A DNA stretch of 63,961 bases, the filler included, from Collodictyon triciliatum (taxonomy: Eukaryota), in the NCBI GenBank assembly GCA_043381765.1. It is 8 parts of 8 records of this genome, joined end to end, with 100 filler letters (N's around TTAATTAATTAA, not from the genome) between each part and the next. Parts side by side here need not be neighbours in the genome. Positions count along the whole stretch, not along the records: positions 9,402 to 18,701 come from JBHJMP010003081.1; positions 18,802 to 28,098 come from JBHJMP010003082.1; 6 more parts are not named here. One strand, written 5' to 3'. The translations under genes were made by a program, and so were the position numbers. Shown piece after piece: positions 11,687-22,721 of the stretch. The notes under the pieces are model-generated. The model was not told the origin of the DNA. It saw nothing but the letters and a program-made list of their open reading frames with translations, and ran no database searches. Every line of letters starts with the position of its first letter. Position 1 is the stretch's first letter.

Positions 11687-13684
11687 ATCCCAGCTCAAGT
11701 TGTGTTTGCCTGTATACCGCTCCTTAGGAACCGACACACAAATAACGCAGAAGTCAATGAAAATCAGTCAGTAAACAGGTGTAAGCAATATATATCACCA
11801 TCATCGATTTTCCTGATTCTGTTACTTATACATAAAGGCAGCATGCTGATCGGGAATGTCACCGGACAAACTATATCCTGAACTGACTTAAGCAAATGCC
11901 AAAAAGCATTGTTGTGTATCTTCCAAGCATGATGTCTTTCAAACCCCAGAATATTTGAGGACTTTTGTGCCACTATTTTGTTTAAATTTGAACATTTGTA
12001 TTTTGAACAATCAAATCTCATTTGGCTCATCTGAAAAGGAATGTGTTCGCGAAATAGTATCTGGCTCACTGGCTCTTTGGGTGGCGGCCGGTATCTATGC
12101 TGTGATGGTTAGGATGATATGAAGATGTAAAGTCAATATCGTTTAATAAGATAAGGAGTGTTCCATGAAACCGAATCTCGCAAAGCGAAGTTAACTCCAA
12201 TAAAAATCAGATTCCATGATGCAGCATGCGTTCAAAAAAAAAAAAGAGAAAAAAAAAGGGTTGCGCTTTCAGGATTTGCCTTCCCTGGGGGACTTGAGCT
12301 TTTAAGCTGTATGACGAAGCTGGTATTATCACGCAGCAGCGATTATCTTGATACATCAGTCGTTGCCATTCACCTTCACAGACTAGGTATGCTTTGTTAT
12401 GAGAATTGAGAAAACACTCTGATTGCAATAATATTTCGTGCACATACCCACAGAGCTTATAAGCATTTGTTATTCAAAATTCAAAAGGACGTACATCGCA
12501 AAGAAGGTACATATAGTATCATGCGGCAAGTGAGAAAAAAATCATAGCGTGCCAACCAGATGACTGTGCCTCATCGCATATCTCAGCAGAGTTGGATAAG
12601 CTTTCAAAAGGTTGATGCAACGAAGAGCAAGATGTTACAGGGAAGGCCAAACTTCTCCCTTCTTTTCTCTCTCTCTCTATATATATATCGCTCTCCCTGG
12701 GCACCAGACACACTGGAGAGCGATGCACCATGGACGAGTGACAGTCACCTCAATCAAACTATGTACAACAGACATGAATGCTTTGTTCTTTGACTGTCTT
12801 GCCATGCAAAAGTTGTCCAAAAGGCTATATCTTGCCAGATCTGCTGCACTTGTGCGTATCTACTCGATTTCTTGTATGGACGGGCACCAAGGCAGAAGTC
12901 AACTCTGGATGCCACTCAAACAAGCAAAAATGCGCAATGTGTCAATGCAGAACCAAGCCTCTCATTGGCGGAATACGAACAGTCACCGATCCAGGAGAAA
13001 TGAATGAATGAACTGAAAACCAGAGTCGGTCGAGCATTTAGTGCATTCTTCCTTGCTACCGTCAGCGAGGTGTCATCTTTTCGCAACGAAAGTGGCATCC
13101 TCTTTCCTTTCATTCGCGCACATATATACATGCACTCTTTTTTCTTCCTTTTGAAATAAAAAAAATAATCTTACAAAGTATTTTCGTCTGGGGGCAGGCT
13201 TGGGAAAAAGGATTCGAGACAGGCTGCTTGATGCACTCCGATCAGCTGCAAAGAGGAAAGACTCTCCAGGTGAAGAGATTGTTGGACTCCACTTGCCTCT
13301 CTCTATCCATTTTCCATTTTTTCCCTTGTTTTATTCAGTGGAATCTAGTTCTATGTCTTCGTCTTGTGAAACTTATCTGTTTTTTCTTTTCTATTTTGTT
13401 AGTTTTCGCTTCGTTTCATTACCTTTTTTTTTTTTTAAGAGGGATAAAGCGAGAGTCTCTTTTTAATTTTCATTTTAATTCGCCCCTTTCAAAAAAAGTT
13501 TTTATATTTATTAATACCTTCTGTATCTTTCCTTCGCATATTCGTTTTTGAGGCACAGCATTACGGCTGAAAAAGAAGTGAACAAAACAAATAGTAGAAA
13601 TATTAAAAGAAGAAACATCATTCTTTATCATCCTTCAAACGACAATGAAATGAAAAACCTTCGTTTCTCTTGACTCGTATCGCG

Positions 13685-16600
13685 ATGTCTTTAGGGCATA
13701 GAACATGGTTCAGCTCCTTCTCGTTCATTCAGCCAAGGGAATGCATTCAAGCTACGGACCCAAAGCAAGCAAAAGATTCAGGTTACAAAATGCCATATCA
13801 TCGAGTATGCATTCTTATGCAAACCATGATGTAAATTGAATACAATAGCTATATTATGGCAAAGTCTCTTGTCAAACATTACTTGCATTTCTCTTCAATT
13901 TATTCATCAGGAATACGAGGATTGTGTGACCCTAAGTGCGTCAATCCACGGCCCAGACTTCTCCTTGGACGACGTTATTGTAAATCCAGATTTTGCAAGA
14001 GGCTTTGCAAAAGGACAAATAGTAGAGATTTACTCCACTGATTTCCCAGATGCGAGCGTTTTTGCAAAAATAAACCTTGTGGAACCTGGAAAGCAGTGTA
14101 TAAAAATCATTCATATGATAAGATATCTAAAAACAAGAAAACATAATATATGTATATATACTTTTTTTTAAAAAAAAATAATTTGTCTCGGTCAGTTTTG
14201 AACGTTAATCCATGTGTGATATTCTTATCTTTTAATAAAATCACAACCGAAATCAAAATTATAATCACTATGATACTCAACTTTTAAAGCCAAGATTCAG
14301 TTGAGTGTGGCTAAAGGCCTAGCCGACCTAGCTAAGTTACAACCAAGAAAGCCTGTCGTAATGAAAAAAGTATGTTCAACGGTGATACGACTCATTTAAC
14401 AGAAACAACTTAGATTTGAATCCCTTTTAATTTACATGAGCAAAAACTCAAAGAAAATCAAACGATATATTTTGGTTAGTCTTTAAAAAAATGAATGAAA
14501 GGTAGCACCTTCATTATTATACTTTTTTTCATTCATCTGCCCAAGATTTCTGAGGCAAGAGCAAGTATAGAGCATTTGGAGTTTTCTTTCAAGGATCAGT
14601 TCATTTCACGTAGCGATCAATGGTGGTTCCGAAAGAATTTTCTTAACGTGTGTGTCTCCACAGGTCAAAACCTCACAGCTCAAGGAGTTCGGGTATGTAT
14701 TCTCCATTTTGAAAACATTCATTATATTGACAGGCCAGTTGTCAATTTTTCTTTTTTTTTTTAAATAAATAAATAAATGAGTAAAACAATCATCTCTTGC
14801 GCGTTTCTTTTACTAAAAATAAACAAAAGGTTCGGGTCTCTGGTATTATGGTTGAAGGAAAAATTAAATCAAGCGGGATAGTAACAGAGAAAACAAAGTA
14901 CACTTTTCGATCGCGTTCATCGAGGATATATTGGCTGGTGGAAATGAGTCGGTGAGGAACCTAGTTGGTATCATGGTGTTCATATATTTATAAATTGGAA
15001 ACTTGCTCATTTATTCTTTCGTCAGTTTGGAAAAGAAAAATAAAGGGCGTTGCCTACCATCCATACATTATGAATTATATTCTGCTTTGATTAATTCACA
15101 AAACATATTATTATCTCTGGAACATATTTGAATTGACATCATTATTAGAGAAATGTGGGAGTACGCGCCAGACGGGGACTTGTATTTTGATAAATTGGTC
15201 TGTGCTTTCAGAGGGAAATCTCGCTACTCTCTCTTCTATCACATCTCCGGTTTAAAATGAAGAATCTTAAATGAGTTGTGATTTATCAGATTGACAAACA
15301 CCTGGAACTGGTTTACCAGCGCTGGGCAGTGACTGACGTTAATCACAGCCTTACTATTGTATTTTATTCAAGAACAGTCGTATTAAATTATAAAAGGTAA
15401 CAAAAATCACAATTCTTGTTGAAAAAAATAATATGTGAATAATTACGACAATTAAATGTATCCTACATTCAATCGATTTCTATTGCAATATTCTAGTTCA
15501 ATATTCAATCATCTTCCTGTGTCCTTTTTCGACGGGAAATATCATATTGATTCTTTTCACGTAAGAGTATAAATACATTTGAACCTTTGTCAGGGATTTT
15601 TATTAAATCAGAAAATAACTATGAGGTAGGTGTAAAAATGATAATAGTATATTGCATTATTTGATGATACATTCCGCAGGTTATTTACCACACTGAGGCA
15701 CAACGAGATTGGGAAAAAATTAAATTGGCCATGAAAACGCACTTTTCAAGATATCCATCTATGCACTATTGGGATGCGAAAGAGAGTAACTTTAGCATTA
15801 TTTTTTATATAAGAAGTGTTTATAATCTTGCTGTCATTTTTTATGTCCTATGACATAATTTACTGTTAACATGATAAAAAGGTGATAGACATATCGCATC
15901 ACCATCTCGAGCCTCTGAGGGCAACTTTCTGGAGGCCATCAACATGGTACTCCAAATGACTGAACAAGTTTGTATATTTTCTATTCTCTTACAATCCATC
16001 ATGAAAATTTCATTTTCATATCTTTAGCCCATGGGATATTTATATTTATACACAATTTTTTTCCTTTATTCGATTCAAAGTAAATTTGCACACTATAATA
16101 AGCGCTTTTTTTTTTTAAAAAAAAAAAACTTTCATAGGGGTCGATAGACCGTGATTTGAATCACACTGGACAAGCAATAGTAGCTTTCACGGCCGGAAAT
16201 GGAATTTACAACGTATGCTATTCGAGTTTCATACTCAATTTTCAACTACTTTCATATCTGAGATTTTTCATATGATTATGATTTTAACATCTTGAGTTCA
16301 TCAACAACTCTGATAAAAAAACATGGATGTATGTGACAGGTCAACTATGACTTGAGTAAGATCACGAAACAACGAATCATTTATAAAGGGCTGGGAATGG
16401 AGTTAATTTCTTTATCAAAAAGACCATTGCATTCAGTTCCTTTATTTCTGTACAGAAAGCTGCTGGATCAAGTGTGCTTCTATTCTATCACATATAATTT
16501 TATTCCATTTTGACCAAGTAATTATTTTTTTTTTGTATTTGTTCATGTGCAGATGTACCACTGCATAACAGAAGTTGGTGCTAATTTATCCATACATCTT

Positions 16601-18482
16601 TTGCTGTTGGTCTTAGACACCTGCTTATGTAATTCCAACTTGGATAGAAGTCATGTTTTTCGATGACTTTTTTCGACTTGAACTATCCACAAAAGCAAAT
16701 GACACTTCGGTTTCAAATTTCAAATTTCCTCCTTACTCTCCTTTGTTCAGAATTCCCCTCATAGAAGGTATATATCGAAGTTAGTGTGATAGTCTGACGT
16801 ATTTTTTTTTTCATTCATCTGCTTCTTTGAATGATGCGGACTGGATTCTGCCTCATCATATTATTCATTTGAAAGGATGTAAATTCATCAATTGTACATA
16901 TAGAGTTATCCTTTCACAGAAAATGGAAGATAAATATTTCTTCTGGGAATCAACAATCTATAATAGAGTCTGTGAAAGCAAAAACGACTGTTTTTACGAT
17001 TCAAGGAAGCAAGGGACGGGTATGCTACAAAAAATTATCAAAACAGAAAAAAATTAAATTATAAAATAATTTCTGATGAAAAAGTTTTATACTATATTTG
17101 CGCATTTCTTTTTTTTTCTATTCTCTTGAGTCCTATTTTATCTACTAAACTTATTTTATATAAGTGTGACCTCTGCCAACTTGAAGGAACTCTGAGTCCC
17201 AAAGACCAACACGATTCCCATCTCCCTGAAAGACTCAAAATAATCAACCTATGTATGGGCTGCAAATCAAATTATTCAGATAGCCTTAATGAAGAGAGAG
17301 CGCCAATACCTCTGCAAAGTCTTAATTTGAATTCAGGATTAGAAAATTTAAACCATCGCCGTATGACTGTAGATTTTGATGAGGTTTTTTTTTCTCATTC
17401 AATTATTACATTTTTTTCGTTACTTCTCTTTATTTATAAATTGCTCTTCTGAGGTAATACCATTTTTCTTTTCTCTTTTTTTAAATTGTTAAGTAAATAT
17501 GTTTCAATTGTCTAAAGAAATCCCCCCCAAAAAAAAAAACCGGTATAGTATGACGCAAGCATATTCCAAGACTCGCAGACCCACGAGGATGACATTCCAC
17601 CGAGGCCGATGAAAAGCGTTCGGTATAAATGAGATTTTAGTATATAATTGTTAATTATATGGCACATAAAACCATACAATAATATTGTAGAATCCTGGCT
17701 TCTTTTTTTCTATTTTTTTTTTTTTTGTAGGTCTCATCCCTCGCTATCCGAACTTGGCAAGTCATCTAGCCAACTCCCTGTTCCGGTGGAACAGCCTTAT
17801 ATTTTTCAAGACGAATCTTCCTTGACAAGAATGAAAAGCTCCTCTCTGTCTAGAGAATCGTAATTATTATTTTCCATAATTTTATCTATCCCGTCATATA
17901 TATATATATATCTTCGAACCGATTGCCGATAAAATAAAGGAAAATCGCCAGTGCTTTATATTTCGTGGAATGATACTTTTTTTCTCACACATATTGTAAT
18001 AGTCTCAATCCGTTATCGTCCACGCCACAACAACAATCGCCCAAACGACGTCCAAATAAGGCCCGCTTGGCTCAAAATTTGGATTCTCTTACATCCCATG
18101 GATCATCAATCCTCAGCATAGGATTACCTACTCGCAAGATAAATCATGTACAAGCGAATCCATACGTCCTATCCAATGATACATTTGAATACCGTGCATC
18201 GAAACTGAATCTCAATACACCTGGAAAAAAGAAAAAAGGTGATTCAGCCGCTCAGGTAATCTTACATTTTATTTTTAGGAATCATATATCAATATTTTTA
18301 TACTTTATTATCTGATCAATTAGTTGTATTTTTCATGTTTTCTTAAAAAAAAAAAATACTTTTATGCAACTAAACCCTTTATATTAAAATAATTTCGATT
18401 TAGTTCATGAATCCTTTTCGGGAAGGTGGCATCGTGACTCTTAACAGCAACTCACAAAGGTGGACTCATTTGTTTCCAAAAG
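13685..18482 (+). CDS. DEPDC5: GATOR1 subunit DEPDC5/IML1 (5' part, truncated by contig end)
   Basis: Spliced motifs IEHLEFSFKDQFISRSDQW, GIVTEKTKYTFRSRSSRIYWLVEMSREMWEY..DGDLYFDK, NHSLTIVLFSRT, EGNFLEAIN, DRDLNHTGQAIVAFTAGNG, PLHSVPLF, NPF...QRWTHLFP match the IML1/DEPDC5 N-terminal domains. Confidence 0.93.
16056..16082 (-). mobile_element. Ultra-short poly(A) insertion element, copy A (DEPDC5 intron)
   Basis: T7-CCTTTATTCGATTCAAAG-TA on +; flanks atttatacacaat / atttgcacactat (10/13 identical) are consistent with a decayed TSD. Confidence 0.75.
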
Positions 18483-18535
18483 GCAAGTCATTCATAATTT
18501 ACCCCATCCTTTGTGTGTTTATTTTACAATAACAC

Positions 18536-18701
18536 ATGTCTGTGTCTGTGTATGTGTCTGTGTATTTGTCTGTGTCTGTGTCTGTGTCTGTGTCTGTGTC
18601 TGTGTCTGTGTCTGTGTCTGTGTCTGTGTCTGTGTCTGTGTCTGTGTCTGTGTCTGTGTCTGTGTCTGTATCTGTATCTGTATCTGTATCTGTATCTGTA
18701 T
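18536..18701. repeat. (TGTGTC)n grading into (TGTATC)n
   Basis: Tandem hexamers at contig end. Confidence 0.95.
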
Positions 18702-18801
18702 NNNNNNNNNNNNNNNNNNNNNNNNNNNNNNNNNNNNNNNNNNNNTTAATTAATTAANNNNNNNNNNNNNNNNNNNNNNNNNNNNNNNNNNNNNNNNNNN
18801 N

Positions 18802-19105
18802 CGCTCCAATGATTCACCCGAACGAGAAATCAATCTAGCCAGGCTTGAGAGCCTCGTGCAATACAGCTTCCTGAACAACCTGCTGAAACACGCCCGCATT
18901 CTTCGCTACTCTGACCGCAAGCGAAGAGAGATGTGGAAATGTGTGATAAGTGATATCTCCCACAGCATATCCAACCCCTGCTACCCACACAACCAATCAA
19001 CCAGTTGGGGACGCCCACCTGACCAGCTCGCTATCACTGATTTCTTTTCGCTGGGTTTCATCATTACCAATCGGCATCCACACATGAAAGGAAAGGCACA
19101 AACCC
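18802..19105 (+). CDS. Possible exon of an unidentified gene
   Basis: Frame open from the contig start (RSNDSPEREINLARLESLVQYSFLNNLLKHARILRYSDRKRREMW...) and reaching a strong donor-like gtaagt; no family recognised. Confidence 0.35.
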
Positions 19106-19129
19106 CGTAAGTTTCAATCAATATCTCTA

Positions 19130-21700
19130 TTTTCCCTTTATTATGTTGTCATGTTCAGGGCTGTTTCTTATTAGTTCTCGCAAGCATTCCAGGAAGAATC
19201 ATCTGGAGGTGTGGGTTTCTGGGGAATTCTTTGTTCGGGGGTTTCTTTCAAGCCAAGACATTCCACCGGCAATTATGCCTTCCTGTGTTATCTGATTTTT
19301 CCAGTCATTTTCGTTTTTGGATTCTCTGAATAATATATCCACAGTTTCTCTCACATTACAACTTTTTGGATACATGTGTGTACTTTATCAGTTATGGGTG
19401 GGATGCGCCTGATATTCGGAGTTTTTATGGGGAAATTACCGTCCCAGAAGATGATGTAAGGTAGCAACACTGTTCTCGCATGATGTTGGCTTGGTCTCAT
19501 ACTCACTTTCTCTTCTTTTCTGGCGTGGTTTCCTGGCAATCGCACAGATACATCAATTAAGTGCATGTTTTTGCGTATCTTATCATGAGCTACTAAGCCA
19601 GGTCTAATAGCCGCTGTGTGAACTTTGGGGTCAAAGTTACAGTCAGAGTGTATCGTGCCGTATTGGTTTGTTACTGTATTACTGAACTTGTCGAGGTCAA
19701 GCCTCGGGCTTTTAGCTGCTTGTATTTCCTCAATTTGGGTGGCTAGGGATATTTCTTTTTTTTCTCTAGCATGAGGATAGCTGTTTTCCTGCTGTTTGTC
19801 GAGGTGTCGCTCAGGTAGCTGTAGGAGTTTATGAGAAACAATTATGTCTTGTGCGTTCAATGCTGGCAAGTCCCACTCCGTTTTCATTTCTGGGTCGGTG
19901 GAGTCTCTGTAAGCTTGCAGCTATGAAGTGGACTTTCTCGTTCCTAAGGAAATTTCCTACTTTTAAGTCCATCTCTATGAATTGGTCCGTGCTATTGTCG
20001 AAATGGCCTATATGATAGTTTAGTAGTGATAGGGCAAACTCATTGATTGCTTCAAAGAGGTGTTTGGTGTTTAGGTTTGTTGCACATAGTTTTTTGAATC
20101 GTTTATACATCTCTTCTTGAGTTTCTGTCCATGTCGTTTTTGCTATATGGTTTCCTTGGTCTTCGTAGACTCCTAGGTATCTGTATGTCCCATCTTGTCC
20201 AATTTCTTGGGCGCGGAGGGAGTCGGTTTGATAGTAGGTTGCTGATTTCCCTTTACTTATTATAAGCCCTACTATCTTTAGCTCGCTGGCTGTAATTTCT
20301 AGCATTGTCTCTGGCCGCTGTTTGGTGGTTTTTTTTAGCTTGTTGTCATCCACTATTTTTTTTCCTTTATTCGATTCAAAGAATGACACTCACAAATAAT
20401 AAGTGGTTTAGTTTCATTTATTGTTGCTCGTTGATGCTTATTTGTGGTACTACATTGAATTCTAGTTTTCTCGTGATAGGTTTTATGATGAAGATGAAAA
20501 GTAGGGTGATAAGCTGTCTCCTTGTAGTATACATTGTTTCAATTCAGCCCTTCCAAGCTTTTTTTCTTTGTGGTTTATGTTGAGTGTCCACTATTTTGTT
20601 GCGTTCTCCATGAATTGTATTATATGGGTTGGTGCTCAGAATTTTCCAGTGTTTTTAGGAGGAACTTGTGGCTGACTGAATTGTAGGCCTTCTGTACATC
20701 TAGGCATGCTGTGAATAACTTATTACCAAGTGAATGATTGATTTCTCTGTTGAAAAGGGCGTGTTCTTTGGCTCCTTGAGTTCCCTTCCTTATGCCTATT
20801 TGGTTCTCTAATATTATTCTGTTTAATTCTGGGTGTTAAGAGAGTTCACGCGACGGGGTAATTGTCAATAGTTTATGGAGGTCGCTCATGCACGTAATCG
20901 GTCTGAATCGTGATGGATTGTTCACTAATTTTTTATATGGAATGAGGTAGGTATTCTCTGTAAAGAACCACCTTGGTAATTCATCAGTTTTTTTATTCCT
21001 TTTTCATGACTTCTATAAGGTAAGTTGGAGTAAGTGTAAGTCTCTTGATGAAGAGTTTCTGCAACATATCGGGCCCAGTTGCTTTTCAGTAAGGGAGGGC
21101 TTTTATCACTTTCATCCATGTTTCCTCTAGAAAACTCCAGGACTCTCTTTCTCTCTTTTAATTGAGTTTGGTAGCCCACCAGGCCGCCCAGTCCGCTTTT
21201 CTTTTAAAGCCTATCCACTGCTCTTCTCAAAACTCGAGGACTTCATTTTCTCTTTTTTTCCATTTCTGGGGCCACAGAGTTTTGCTCCTGGAGGTTCCTG
21301 TAGAACCTGGGTATGTTTGTCTAGAATGGGTATCTTTCTTTCGAAAATTCCCTTCCCTTGTGCAAGCTTTCAATACGGCTTTGGTAGTTGCTATTTTTTC
21401 CTTGTATCGGCTTCTTATGATTCGGAGGTTCCTTTAATGTCGGTTTTCTACCATCCACTTTCGCAATATTTTTTTTATCTCTATCCATCGCTCATTGTCA
21501 ATTCTTTGGTTACCTATTTTTGGTCGAGAATGAGAATGATTTCTTGGAGTTTTGTGTTTTAGTGTTTAGTGGGGTCCAATCAATCTAATATTCGAGTTTT
21601 GCTTTCTGTGCAATGTTTTTTTTCAATACTCGTAAACTAGGCCATTTGAGCTTTTTGAGGTTGTTAGAATCAGCCCTGAAGAACCATGCTTTTTCACGGT
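19130..21700 (-). pseudogene. Decayed non-LTR retrotransposon with RT and restriction-like endonuclease (RLE; R4/EhLINE-like)
   Basis: Minus-strand fragments RFRPITCMSDLHKLLT, ENQIGIRKGTQGAKEHALFN, ACLDVQKAYNSVSH, LNHLLFV//DDNKL, YRYLGVYE, NLNTKHLFEAINEFALSLLNY, RPGLVAHDK...HLIDVSV, LLPYIIFWDG. Several stops and frameshifts; no introns. 5' boundary approximate. Confidence 0.88.
20356..20383 (-). mobile_element. Ultra-short poly(A) insertion element, copy E (within RT active-site codons)
   Basis: T8-CCTTTATTCGATTCAAAG on +; separates HLLFV from VDDNKL; flanks tgtcatccacta / tgacactcacaa resemble a decayed TSD of about 12 bp. Confidence 0.8.
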
Positions 21701-22721
21701 CAGCTATATGTTGCACGCTCAAGAGCCAGAATATTCAATAACCTCCTCACATGGCTCTGGACATGAGAAAGAAAAATTGTTTGTAAAAGAGCTATGAAAA
21801 ATGATGAATGTACAGCGACCAATTAAGCTACTAAATAAAAGGTGCATTTTCGCATAATCATGTGATGTGTGAACGTCAGAGTCGGTAAATAGGATATGGG
21901 AGTGGTGTTTCAAGTTTTCTCCATATATTCCAGACTGATATCATGTTGTTTTTTCCTTCCTTTTCATTCTACTCGCCTATAACATGGTACTTTCTGTGGG
22001 CTTTTACTACCTCGATGCGAGGTTGTAGTGCCAATCTTGTACCCCTTCTAGGATTACAATATCCTCTCCTTACAGCACCAAAGGAGTATCTTACCTTAGG
22101 GGAATAACGAATGAAGTAAGTAAAGAAAGAAAAAGCAATCTAATTACGATTCATACGTGACTTTACCCATTCATATCCCTATCTAGTCGATAAGTCCGCC
22201 AAACTCGTAGCTAAATTAGTTGACCAAACTTTCTGAGTCCCCATCAAACCGCGCGCTTCGACGTTTTAACCGGCCCAAAGAACGTGCCATTTAGGCTTCT
22301 CTAATTCACATGCACCCCTTTGAGGTGAATAAAGATTGAGAAAAAAAAAACGGACGTACATCTACCAAACTAGATATTTGATTATTAGGAGGGCGGTTGT
22401 ATCCTCGTTCTTACTATCTCATCTCCCATACCTTTGCCAACCGCATCTGCTCTTTTGCTCACCTCCCTTCCAACCACAACCCGCGCCATTTCCCACGGAT
22501 AGGATAGTCGCCCAAATCGAGCACACAACCGCCATTTCCAATAATAGATAATGTTCAACATTGTCTAATTGAATCATTTGCCATACATATACATATCATA
22601 AAATCAATAGAAAAAGAAAAAAGAAAAAGTGGTTTAATAAAAAGAAAAGAAAAATGGGTGTAATGGGATGATAATAATCAAAAAAAAAAAAAGTATTATA
22701 GACAGAACCAAAAAGCAAAGC

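Noticed and set aside
12158-13131. Short Cys-containing ORFs between the RING gene and DEPDC5
   Set aside because: No recognisable domain or consistent exon chain; cannot be supported without a search.
16056-16082. Micro-element as a spliced-leader relic or CRISPR-like repeat
   Set aside because: Copies are dispersed singletons in introns and intergenic DNA with poly(A) and TSDs, not at gene 5' ends or in arrays; no Sm site was seen.
20353-20393. Insert in the RT as a spliceosomal intron (GTGAGT...ATAG on the minus strand)
   Set aside because: Splicing GT..AG removes one base too many and frameshifts FVDD; insertion with a decayed TSD explains it better.
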